Assembly: GCA_028682915.1 (NCBI GenBank) | Contig: JAJRAN010000135.1 | Location: 1 to 56,369 of the forward strand | Source: Methanomassiliicoccales archaeon | GTDB taxonomy: Archaea; Thermoplasmatota; Thermoplasmata; Methanomassiliicoccales; UBA472 | Length of the DNA: 56,369 nt | Direction of reading: 5' to 3' | Shown: piece by piece, positions 25,420 through 33,847 of the stretch | Layout: every line of letters starts with the position of its first letter | Numbering within the stretch: the stretch's first letter is position 1 | Translations under genes and position numbers: made by a program | The notes under the pieces: generated by a model | The model's input: the letters and a program-made list of their open reading frames with translations, nothing else | What the model was told of the DNA's origin: nothing | The model's database searches: none

Positions 25420-26133
25420 CTAGCGGTAGGTGTACTGGAAGTCGACCTCGACGTTGCCGGGCTTGACCTGGGCGCCCCTCCTGGGGAAATCGCCGGATAA
25501 TAGCTGCTTGAGGCGGATGACGCTCAGCTGCCTTGGCGCCAAGAGGGCGCTGATGCCTTCGATGTGGCCGTCCCCCACCACGGCCAGGACATTGATGTAC
25601 CTGGCCTCGGCCTCGGCGATGCGCCCGGCCATCACCTGGTTGCGGTCGTCGATCAAGGCCTTCTTCATGGTGGGGTACTCCTTGCCGAACTGGGCCATGT
25701 ATTGGTCCTCGTTCTCAGTGAATTTGTCAAGCTCCTTCTTCACCTTCTTCTTGCTGGTGAAGAGGCCAGTGAGCGCGGAGACGGTGAGCAGCACCCTCTC
25801 CTTGAACGGCATCTCCTGCCACAGGCGGCCGAAGAGGACGGAGGCGTCGGCATCGATCAGCAAGGCCGGGATCCCCGCCTCACGAGCGGTGTCGATGGCC
25901 GCTAGCATCTCCGATCCCAGCTCCCCTCCGAAGTCCTTCGCCATCCTCTTCTGGAAGATGGAAAGGAGCCTGTAGGTCGGAGGCATGCTGCGCTTGGCCT
26001 GGGGGTTCTTGAGAGCGTAGTAGCGATTGGGGTCGAGCTCGACGCAGACCGCGCCTGGCATCTCGCCGAGGATGATCTCCCGTATCTGCGCGCCGATATC
26101 GAAAACATGGCCTACGCCTATGAGGATGATCAT
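25420..26133 (-). CDS. TraB/PrgY-family protein
   Basis: Internal start MIILIGVGHVFDIGAQIREII...AVCVELDPNRYYAL matches the TraB-family N-terminal pattern. The upstream 80 codons in the track overlap the neighbouring gene. Confidence 0.7.
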   Translation of the reverse strand: MIILIGVGHVFDIGAQIREIILGEMPGAVCVELDPNRYYALKNPQAKRSMPPTYRLLSIFQKRMAKDFGGELGSEMLAAIDTAREAGIPALLIDADASVLFGRLWQEMPFKERVLLTVSALTGLFTSKKKVKKELDKFTENEDQYMAQFGKEYPTMKKALIDDRNQVMAGRIAEAEARYINVLAVVGDGHIEGISALLAPRQLSVIRLKQLLSGDFPRRGAQVKPGNVEVDFQYTYR

Positions 26134-26195
26134 CGAGCCACGAAACCGCTTGGCGTCCTTATGCTTTTCCTTCGGAGGCGCGACCTTCCCGCAGG

Positions 26196-26402
26196 TCACC
26201 CGAAGCCCATCACCATGACATAGAGGATGAAGGCTATCAACATGGTCAGGAGCGGAAGTCCTAGGAATAGGAGGAGGATTATCCAGAGCAGCTTGTTGCT
26301 GTCCTTCGGCGAGGCAAACCCGCCCCCGCACCTGGTGCAGTACTTGAACCCGTCCTCGTTGTAAACCCCACAATTTTGGCAGTACGTAGCCTTAGACCTC
26401 AA
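26196..26402 (-). CDS. Zinc-ribbon membrane protein
   Basis: 68 aa. CQNCG...CTRCG zinc ribbon followed by one long hydrophobic helix. Confidence 0.5.
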   Translation of the reverse strand: MRSKATYCQNCGVYNEDGFKYCTRCGGGFASPKDSNKLLWIILLLFLGLPLLTMLIAFILYVMVMGFG

Positions 26403-26433
26403 TGAGTAATCTTGGGGTATTGCGGTAAATAAC

Positions 26434-27144
26434 TTGCTCCCCGACGAAGCGTTTAATTACCTAGGGGTTCTGGACGGTGCGTTGAGAAGAGAGGCGAGGT
26501 TCGACCTGGTCGCGTTCGACATGGATGGGGTGCTGGTGGACTATACCAGCTGCTGGACCTGGATCCATGACCATTTCTCGGTGGACAACGAGGGTGCCCT
26601 CAACGAATTCATCGAAGGCCGCATAGACGACAAGGAGTTCATGCGCCGGGACATCGCCCTATGGAAGGAACGCAACCCTAGCCTCAACCGGATGGACCTC
26701 GACACCATCCTCGAGCCGCTTCCGATGACCACTGGGATAACGGAGACGGTCAGCGCGCTGAAGGCGGCCGGGATCAAGACGGTAATCATCACCGGGGGCC
26801 TAGATATCGTGGCCGAGAGGATCGCCAAGCACTATGGGTTCGATGACTTCCTGGCAAACGGGGTGGAGTGCGACGACCGAGGAATGGTGACCGGGGAAGG
26901 GATCCTGCGCGTCGAGCTCAAGAACAAGCGGGCCGCCCTGGAGTCGTTCCTCGCCAAGTACTCCGTGCGGAAGGAGAGGGCCGCCAGCATAGGCGACAGC
27001 TTCATCGACATACCTATGTTCGAGGCTTCCGGCATGAGCATCGCCTACAACCCCTCGGACGAGCTGGCCGCGCGCAGGGCCACCTTTGTCGTCAGAAGCC
27101 AGGACCTCACCGCCGTCCTTCCCTATCTTCTGAAAGGCAAATGA
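26434..27144 (+). CDS. HAD-superfamily hydrolase, phosphoserine phosphatase (SerB)-like
   Basis: Motif I LVAFDMDGVLVD, motif II VIITGG, motif III/IV K...IGDSFIDIPMFE. The start codon is uncertain (a non-ATG start, with no ATG before motif I). Confidence 0.65.
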   Translation: MLPDEAFNYLGVLDGALRREARFDLVAFDMDGVLVDYTSCWTWIHDHFSVDNEGALNEFIEGRIDDKEFMRRDIALWKERNPSLNRMDLDTILEPLPMTTGITETVSALKAAGIKTVIITGGLDIVAERIAKHYGFDDFLANGVECDDRGMVTGEGILRVELKNKRAALESFLAKYSVRKERAASIGDSFIDIPMFEASGMSIAYNPSDELAARRATFVVRSQDLTAVLPYLLKGK

Positions 27145-27152
27145 GCATAAGG

Positions 27153-27806
27153 TCAGCTCTTGTGGCCATGCTCCCCGATTAGAGGAACGAAGACGCAGCC
27201 TCCGAGATTCTCTACCTGGAACCTTCCACCTTTGCGCGTGACCCTGACCAGGTCCTGGTACCAGGAGCTTCCCACTGGCACCAGCATCTTGCCTCCGTCG
27301 GAGAGCTGGTCCTTGAGCGGTTGCGGCACACGAGGGGCGGCTGCGGCCACCGAGATGCGGTCGTAAGGGGCATGCTCTGGAAGGCCTTTGGTCCCATCGC
27401 CTTCGGTCACCATGACTTCTTCCGCGTAACCCGTGGCCTCCAAATTCCTCCGGGCCATCTCCGCCAAGTATGGAAGGCGCTCGATGGTGTACACCTTCCC
27501 CCTGGGCCGCACCAGCTCGGCCATTACCGCAGCATGATATCCGGACCCGGTCCCGACCTCCAGCACCGTGTGCCCTGGTCGCAGGTCCAATTCCTCCGCC
27601 ATTATCGCCACCATATGCGGTGCGCTGATCGTCTGCCCTTGGCCGATGTGCAAGGGCGTGTCCGAGTAGGCCTGCTCTTGCATCTCCGGTGGCAGGAAGA
27701 GATGCCGGGGCACGGCCAGCATGGCGTCGGCCACGCGCTGGCTGCGTACGTGTCCCGAGCTCCGCAGCCCGGACACCATCCTCTCCCTGGCTTCCTTCGG
27801 TTCCAT
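27153..27806 (-). CDS. pcm: Protein-L-isoaspartate O-methyltransferase
   Basis: Start MEPKEARERMV at 27806. VPRHLFLP, TISAPHMVA and SAM motif VLEVGTGSGYHAAVMAE. The track N-terminal extension overlaps the upstream gene. Confidence 0.9.
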   Translation of the reverse strand: MEPKEARERMVSGLRSSGHVRSQRVADAMLAVPRHLFLPPEMQEQAYSDTPLHIGQGQTISAPHMVAIMAEELDLRPGHTVLEVGTGSGYHAAVMAELVRPRGKVYTIERLPYLAEMARRNLEATGYAEEVMVTEGDGTKGLPEHAPYDRISVAAAAPRVPQPLKDQLSDGGKMLVPVGSSWYQDLVRVTRKGGRFQVENLGGCVFVPLIGEHGHKS

Positions 27807-27810
27807 CTTC

Positions 27811-28410
27811 CTATGAGTATGTTGTGCGGGCGCTCTTGGCATAGATGCGCACGATCTCCCGGGCGGGGACGCCACCATGGCGGACCATCCCCTCCCTGGT
27901 CTTGATGTAATGGATGACCACGTCGTCCCTACCGATGTTCAGGATGTCCCCCACGAAGAACTCCTCGTCCGGCAGGGCGGTCAGCTCGGCCGCCAAGGTC
28001 CTTGACGTCTTGTTGACCGATATCTTGACCCTGACCTTGTCGAACCTCTTGGCCCAGATGGTCTTGATCTCCTTGGCCGGTGCCTGGCTGACCCGCCGCT
28101 CCCCCTTCTCGATTGCGGTCACCACCACGTTGGTGTCCCCCACGAAGAGCTCGTCCCCCACCGCCACCAGCTCGTCCTCGCCGAACTCGAAGTCCAACTT
28201 CGAGGTCTTACCCATGTCGCTGAGGATGATCGGCAGCTTGACCGACTTGGGCTCTCGCACCACGGCGCCGTGCACCTGTTGGCACTCTTGGCATCTGACC
28301 GTGGTCTCCAGGACGTCGCCGCCCTTGGATATTCTCCCCTTCAGAACCTCGTGCAGCGTCTTCTCGCCGCACGAGGGGCAGTCCAGATAAAGCGAATTGG
28401 GAATCGCCAT
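27811..28410 (-). CDS. Archaeal zinc-finger protein (COG1326-like), function unknown
   Basis: 199 aa. N-terminal CPSCGEKT...RCQECQQVH (two CxxC pairs) followed by repeated beta-rich modules. It lies 4 nt upstream of pcm. Confidence 0.55.
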   Translation of the reverse strand: MAIPNSLYLDCPSCGEKTLHEVLKGRISKGGDVLETTVRCQECQQVHGAVVREPKSVKLPIILSDMGKTSKLDFEFGEDELVAVGDELFVGDTNVVVTAIEKGERRVSQAPAKEIKTIWAKRFDKVRVKISVNKTSRTLAAELTALPDEEFFVGDILNIGRDDVVIHYIKTREGMVRHGGVPAREIVRIYAKSARTTYS

Positions 28411-28464
28411 CTCATCCCCTCTTTGCGCACACGACCATTTCCATATCGCCGCGCCCTATTGAAT

Positions 28465-29022
28465 CTATCTTTTTATCTCGAAGGGGGCGTCATGCCCGGG
28501 GACCACTACTTCAGCCCACTCCACTATCCTGCGCATGCTCCTCAAGGCCTTCTCGGGATCGTAGTTGAGGCCTGGAGGCACCCACTTCCGGTAGTTGTCG
28601 GCTATGGGCAAAGCATCGCCCACGATGGCGTACTTCCTCTCCGCTTCCACGAACACGCTGACGCTGCCTGGGGTGTGCCCGGGTGTCCGAACCAAGCGGA
28701 CCGATTCGTCGATCGCGCTCTCCTGGCCCTCTTCCTCGGGTTCGGAATCGAACTTGATCACCTTGGCTTTGGGGAAGAGGTCGTTGTTCTCACAATGGTC
28801 GTGGTGGTCGTGGGTGTTCACCAAGATGTCGACCTGCTCTGGTCTCACCTTAAGACCCTTCAGCGAGGCGACCAGCTTCGGCCTGTTGGCGCGGGAGGAG
28901 GTGTCCACCACGATGACGTGCTTCTTGCTTCGCACCAGCGTGGAGGAGCTGTGCGCCTCCAGGACCACTTTGCCATCCCTTCGGATCATGCCTTCGCATA
29001 GGACGTTGATCTTCGCAGTCAT
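28465..29022 (-). CDS. MBL-fold metallo-hydrolase
   Basis: Start MTAKINVL at 29022 gives an ATGA overlap with the rhomboid stop. HxHxDH motif THDHHDH, and later PGHTPGS and VVPGHD. Confidence 0.8.
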   Translation of the reverse strand: MTAKINVLCEGMIRRDGKVVLEAHSSSTLVRSKKHVIVVDTSSRANRPKLVASLKGLKVRPEQVDILVNTHDHHDHCENNDLFPKAKVIKFDSEPEEEGQESAIDESVRLVRTPGHTPGSVSVFVEAERKYAIVGDALPIADNYRKWVPPGLNYDPEKALRSMRRIVEWAEVVVPGHDAPFEIKR

Positions 29023-29903
29023 CTCAATTTCACCTCGTAGCCGCAATCGCTCACTAGCTTGTCACCCTTATAATGGAAGTTGGACCCGCACTTGGGGCAT
29101 TTGGCCTTGGCGGCGAAGTACTCCAGCCAGGCCTTCCTGATATCCGGCTGCCTCTCGCCTCTTATCTTCTCTAGGGCGGCCCTGAGCTCCGGGGTGGTGG
29201 CCAGGGGCTCCAGGCCCTCATCCTTGTACTTGACCTGCCTCTGTGCTTTCTGCGCCTTTCCCAATAGCGTGCCTAGCGCCATCCCGGTCAGGAACCCTCC
29301 CAGGTGCGCAGCGTAGGCAACACCGCTGGTGCCGATGCCCAGGACGATCGGGAGCTGGGCAACGAAGAAGGCCAAGGTGGCCATCCAGACGGGGACGTTG
29401 GGAAGGACGATGAAGAAGAGAGGAAGGGTGAGCTTATCCCGGGGGTAAAGGATGAAGAGCGCTCCCACCAGGCCAGCTATGGCACCGGAGGCCCCGATGA
29501 TGATGACCGAGCTGCCCCACATCACCATGGACTGGAGGACCAGCCCGAGAACGCCAGCAGCGATGTAGATGATGAAGACCTTGTTCTTCCCGATCCGCTC
29601 CTCCAATGGCCATCCGAACAGGAAGAGGAAGAGCATGTTGGCGAAGATGTGGTAGATGTCCGCGTGCACGAACATGCTGGTGAAGATGGTATACAGGTCC
29701 TGGCCGGTCTGAAGATAGATGGGACGGAACCCGAGCTCTACCCTGATGACGCTGCCACCCAGTATCTCCATGAAGAAGATCAGCAGGTTGCCTATGAGCA
29801 GCATCAAGGTCAGGGAGAGGCGCTTTTGCAGCATCCCCAAGGCCAGCGTGGCGACCATGACCACTATCGCCGCGTAAGAGAAGGCGTCCATGTTCCGGTG
29901 CAC
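29019..29903 (-). CDS. Rhomboid-family intramembrane serine protease with C-terminal zinc ribbon
   Basis: 294 aa. HADIYHIFANM, catalytic GASGAIAGLVGA (GxSG) and AHLGGFLTG. C-terminal CPKCG...SDCG. Confidence 0.8.
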   Translation of the reverse strand: MHRNMDAFSYAAIVVMVATLALGMLQKRLSLTLMLLIGNLLIFFMEILGGSVIRVELGFRPIYLQTGQDLYTIFTSMFVHADIYHIFANMLFLFLFGWPLEERIGKNKVFIIYIAAGVLGLVLQSMVMWGSSVIIIGASGAIAGLVGALFILYPRDKLTLPLFFIVLPNVPVWMATLAFFVAQLPIVLGIGTSGVAYAAHLGGFLTGMALGTLLGKAQKAQRQVKYKDEGLEPLATTPELRAALEKIRGERQPDIRKAWLEYFAAKAKCPKCGSNFHYKGDKLVSDCGYEVKLR

Positions 29904-29989
29904 CTATCTGATGGATGGATATGTTGGTTTCGCTGGTCAAGGGCCATCCAATCTTATTAGTGGGTCCTGGGAAATGCAAGGGTGAACTT

Positions 29990-30559
29990 ATGAAGGTCGA
30001 TGCGGGAATCGCCATCGAGGAATGCGCTTCCGTCTATCCGCCATCGGAGGACACATACCTGATGCTGGACTGCTTGGAGGTGAGGCCTGGAGACCGGGTC
30101 CTGGAGATGGGCTGCGGGACCGGTATCCTCGCCCTACATTGCGCCAAGGCCGGCGCCATCGTGTCGGCGGCCGATATCAACCCCAAGGCAGTGGACTGCG
30201 CCCGGGCGAACGCCAAGTCGAATCGCCTGGAGATGAGCGTGGTGCAATCTGACCTGTTCTTGGACGTGGAGGGCGTGTTCGACCTCGTCATCTTCAACCC
30301 GCCATACGTCCCCGACGAGATCAGGGGGGACATCGAGCGCTCCTGGGCTGGCGGGGAGGACGGGGTCAGGGTGCTGGAACGTTTCCTGAAGGACACCCCG
30401 GACCATCTGAGGGAGGGCGGAAGGATAGTGGTGCTGCTCTCCACGGCCATGGAGGACGCTGCCCTGCAATGCGTGCTCTCCCAGTTCGTCAGGGATAGGC
30501 TCGGGGCGAGAAGGCTGTTCTTCGAGAGCATCTGGGTCGAGAGCCTGCGCCTACCTTGA
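29990..30559 (+). CDS. HemK/Mtq2-type N5-glutamine (release factor) methyltransferase
   Basis: Start MKVDAG at 29990. SAM motif LEMGCGTGILAL and catalytic NPPY (VIFNPPYVP). Its 3' end overlaps the convergent gatE stop by 9 nt. Confidence 0.75.
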   Translation: MKVDAGIAIEECASVYPPSEDTYLMLDCLEVRPGDRVLEMGCGTGILALHCAKAGAIVSAADINPKAVDCARANAKSNRLEMSVVQSDLFLDVEGVFDLVIFNPPYVPDEIRGDIERSWAGGEDGVRVLERFLKDTPDHLREGGRIVVLLSTAMEDAALQCVLSQFVRDRLGARRLFFESIWVESLRLP

Positions 30560-32425
30560 GCCCTGGACGACCTTGGCGATCTCCTTCTTCAGCAGCTCGC
30601 TGGCCATCTTGCCATCCACCTTGCCGCGCAGGCGCTCCATCACCGGGCCCATCAGAGGTCCCACCGCCCCCATGCCCTTCTCTTTCACGAATGCCTGGCG
30701 CTCTCTCACCACCTCGGCCACGATCGCCTCCGCCTCCTCCCCGTCCAGGCGCTGCAGCCCCAGGTCACTGACCGCCTCGTCGACGGTCCTGCCCTCGCTC
30801 ATCCTCTTCAGGACCAGGGGCAGGGCCTCCTTGGCGAACCTTCCGTCATGGAGCGCGGCGAACGCCTTCAGGAGGGGAGCGTCGTCCAGCTTGGCGACGT
30901 CGGCCCCCTCCTTCTGGATCTCGGGCAGGGTGCTGAGCAGGGTTCGGGCCGCCACCGCCGCAAGGTCGTACTTGATGGCTACCTCCTCGAACAGGTCCTC
31001 ATAGCCATCGCGGACTATCTGGCGGGCCTGCTGCTCATGAATCCCGTACTTGGTCACGAAGCGATCCACCTTCTCCTCTGGCAGCTCCGGTAGCCTGGAG
31101 CGGACCTCTTCCATCCTGCGCTCGGTGATGGTGATGGGCTTCACGTCGGTCTCGGGGTACATGCGGCTCGCGCCAGGCAATGGGCGGGAATAGGCGGTGC
31201 TGCCGTCCGGAAGGGGGTCCCTCGTCTCCTCCGGGACGCCCTCCAGCGCCATATTGGCCCTCTCCACTGCGGCCCTCAGCGCCGCCTCCGCCTTTCCGGC
31301 CTCGTCGGCGCAGATGGCGAACGCCCCCTCTCCCTCGATTGACATCGCCCCCCTCATGGCCGCGACCTCTTCCGGGGATATGCCGTATCCGGGCAGCTCG
31401 TCGGAATGGAAAATGCCCATCACCCCCGCGCGCATCCTCGCCCTCTGGGCCATCTCCGCTCCCAGGCGCAGGTGCCCGTCGGGGCTCTTCATCACGCCCT
31501 CGAACCCGGGAAGGGGCGCTCCCAGCACCTTCCCTCCTTTGGAGAGGGCGCTGGCGATCACCTTGGACCTGCAATCCTTCATGATGGCGGTAAGGTCGAC
31601 CGCATCAGTCCGTACGGGGGAGACCATCTTCGAGCGCAGCCTTTCCTGCACCAGTAGCAGCGACCTCTGCCGGTCGACCTCCCTCTGCACGTACTCGGGC
31701 AGCATGCGCAGCTCCTGCACCCCCTTCACCTCGACCCGCGCGCCTCCAGGTATGGATATGTTCAGGTCCTCGCGTACGGTGCCGAGGCCGCGCTTCACCT
31801 TCTTCGTCGCCCTGAGCAGGGAGCCCAGCCTGGCGGCGACCTCCTTCACCTCTTCGGGCGTGTGCATGTCCGGGCCGGTGGCCACCTCGATCAAAGGTAT
31901 GCCCAATCGGTCCAGCTTGTAGGTGACCTCCTGCCCCTTGGCCTCCATCTTCCGGGCGGCGTCCTCCTCCAGGCATATGGATTGGATGGTGATGCGCCTG
32001 CCGTCGACCTCCAAGGCGCCGTCCACCGCCACCAGGGCGGTCCTCTGGAAGCCAGTGGTGTTGGAGCCGTCGATGACGATCTTGCGCATGAAGTGGACCT
32101 CGTCGACCACCTTGGCATGGAGCAGGGCGGAGAAGGTCAGGGTGACCTCGATGGCCTGGGCATCGGCATCGTGTGGAGGCTCCTCGTCCGCCTCGACCAG
32201 GCAGGTCACCCTGCGGGGGGCGAGGTAGCGGAAGCGCATTCTCCTTTCCGCCTGGGCCAAGGCAGCCCGGTCCACCTCTCCCAGCTCGCTCTGCGTGGGA
32301 CGGAGGCGGCGATGCAGCTCCACGCCCGGATCTTCGACCAGCTCGGTGGCGCAGGAGCAGAACAGCTTCTTGGTGTCGAGCTGCTGATGGATCTCGATTC
32401 CGCAGGTGAGCTGATGAGCGGTCAT
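30551..32425 (-). CDS. gatE: Glutamyl-tRNA(Gln) amidotransferase subunit E
   Basis: Start MTAHQLTCGIEIHQQLDTKKLFCSC at 32425, overlapping the gatD stop by 1 nt. GatB/E core plus a YqeY-like tail. The R/G-rich alternate-frame ORFs in this region are artefacts. Confidence 0.9.
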   Translation of the reverse strand: MTAHQLTCGIEIHQQLDTKKLFCSCATELVEDPGVELHRRLRPTQSELGEVDRAALAQAERRMRFRYLAPRRVTCLVEADEEPPHDADAQAIEVTLTFSALLHAKVVDEVHFMRKIVIDGSNTTGFQRTALVAVDGALEVDGRRITIQSICLEEDAARKMEAKGQEVTYKLDRLGIPLIEVATGPDMHTPEEVKEVAARLGSLLRATKKVKRGLGTVREDLNISIPGGARVEVKGVQELRMLPEYVQREVDRQRSLLLVQERLRSKMVSPVRTDAVDLTAIMKDCRSKVIASALSKGGKVLGAPLPGFEGVMKSPDGHLRLGAEMAQRARMRAGVMGIFHSDELPGYGISPEEVAAMRGAMSIEGEGAFAICADEAGKAEAALRAAVERANMALEGVPEETRDPLPDGSTAYSRPLPGASRMYPETDVKPITITERRMEEVRSRLPELPEEKVDRFVTKYGIHEQQARQIVRDGYEDLFEEVAIKYDLAAVAARTLLSTLPEIQKEGADVAKLDDAPLLKAFAALHDGRFAKEALPLVLKRMSEGRTVDEAVSDLGLQRLDGEEAEAIVAEVVRERQAFVKEKGMGAVGPLMGPVMERLRGKVDGKMASELLKKEIAKVVQGSR

Positions 32426-33717
32426 CAGGCTTCCCTCCGCTCGGAGATCTCGCCCTTCATGTTGGTAAGCATCAAGGACCTCGTTTGTTCCGGGCCTTTG
32501 GTGTTGGCGAGGACCCACATGAGCTTGACCAGTGCCGTCTCGGGCAACATGTCCTCGCCAGGTATGACCCCGGCATTCAGCAGGTCCCTTCCAGTGTCAT
32601 AGACGTTCAGGTTCACCCTGCCGCTCAGGCACTGGGAGGTCATTACCACTGGCAATCCCTTCTTGGCCTGCTTCCTCACCACCTCCACCAGCTCTCTGGA
32701 GACGTGCCCCAGGCCGGTGCCGGCTATCACGGCCCCCTGATGCTGCGCGAGGAATGACTCCAAGGCGCTCGGGGACATCCCGGGATAGAAATGGACCAGG
32801 CAGACCTTTTCCTCCATGCCCTTCCTCAATCTCACCTTGGAGCTCGATTTGACGCGGTAGGGAGAGAGGGCCTCGATCCTCCCGAGCTGGTCCATCCTCG
32901 CCACCGGCCCCTCGTTGATGCTCTGGAAGGCGTCGCGCCGGCTGGTATGCATCTTCCTGACCCTTGTCCCCCGATGCACCGCGAACGTATCGTCGGACAT
33001 CGAGCCGTGCATGAGCACGAACACCTCGGCGGCATCCGAGCCGACGCAGAACCTCGCCGCCGAGATCAGGTTGGTGTAGGCGTCCGAGGAAGGACGGTCC
33101 GAGGAGCGCTGTGCCCCTACCAGCACCACCGGCCCCGGCAGGTCGTCGAGCATGAATGAGAGCGCGGCCGATGTATACCCCATGGTATCCGTGCCATGCG
33201 GAACGATCACCCCCTCGTCCCCCCTGCTCAATCGATCGGCGACCTCCTCCGCCAGCCTCTGCCAGTATTCCACCCTCATGTTCTCTGAGAAGATGGAGAA
33301 GATGACCTTGGCGTCCACCTGGCAGACCTCGGCCATCTCGGGAACGGCGGAGACCAGGTCCGTGGCGGAAAGAGCGGGATGGACCGCGCCCGTGCGATAG
33401 TCCACGTAAGAGGCGATGGTGCCGCCGGTGCCCAGCACCGCCACCCGTTTCTTGCCCTCGGCGATGATGGGGGATTTGACCTCCCGGTCCCTCTTCGCTC
33501 CTTTGCTTGCCATGGTCAGGGTGGCCCCCTCCGTCAGCCTGACCCCTATGTTATATCCGCTCCTCTGCTTCAGGACAACCACGTCCGGGTCGGAGAATTC
33601 ATGGTGTGGCATGAGCACGCCAGACCTCTCGATGACGCCCACGCTCACCCTAACATTGTCCCCTTCCTCTGCTCCAGCGGCGCGCAGGAGATCCGCGACC
33701 CTCCGTGAATAGCTCAA
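32425..33717 (-). CDS. gatD: Glutamyl-tRNA(Gln) amidotransferase subunit D
   Basis: 430 aa. Asparaginase-type motifs VLGTGGTIAS and PHGTDTMGYT. Sits directly upstream of gatE. Confidence 0.9.
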   Translation of the reverse strand: MSYSRRVADLLRAAGAEEGDNVRVSVGVIERSGVLMPHHEFSDPDVVVLKQRSGYNIGVRLTEGATLTMASKGAKRDREVKSPIIAEGKKRVAVLGTGGTIASYVDYRTGAVHPALSATDLVSAVPEMAEVCQVDAKVIFSIFSENMRVEYWQRLAEEVADRLSRGDEGVIVPHGTDTMGYTSAALSFMLDDLPGPVVLVGAQRSSDRPSSDAYTNLISAARFCVGSDAAEVFVLMHGSMSDDTFAVHRGTRVRKMHTSRRDAFQSINEGPVARMDQLGRIEALSPYRVKSSSKVRLRKGMEEKVCLVHFYPGMSPSALESFLAQHQGAVIAGTGLGHVSRELVEVVRKQAKKGLPVVMTSQCLSGRVNLNVYDTGRDLLNAGVIPGEDMLPETALVKLMWVLANTKGPEQTRSLMLTNMKGEISERREA

Positions 33718-33769
33718 TCCAATCGCCTGGGTCGAGATTAGGCTTCGGCAATATGGTTTTTTTGCGGAT

Positions 33770-33835
33770 CGGGAGCCTAAGCTCCGCTCAAGGAAATGAG
33801 AGAAAGAAAAAAATGGGAAAGGAAAGTTAAGGAAA
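33770..33835 (-). terminator. Pyrimidine/T-rich terminator region downstream of the giant surface-protein gene
   Basis: The minus strand reads CCTTTTCCTTAACTTTCCTTTCCCATTTTTTTCTTTCTCTC, followed by the hairpin GGAGC-TTAG-GCTCC (33771..33784). Confidence 0.35.
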
Positions 33836-33847
33836 AGGTTTGGATGC

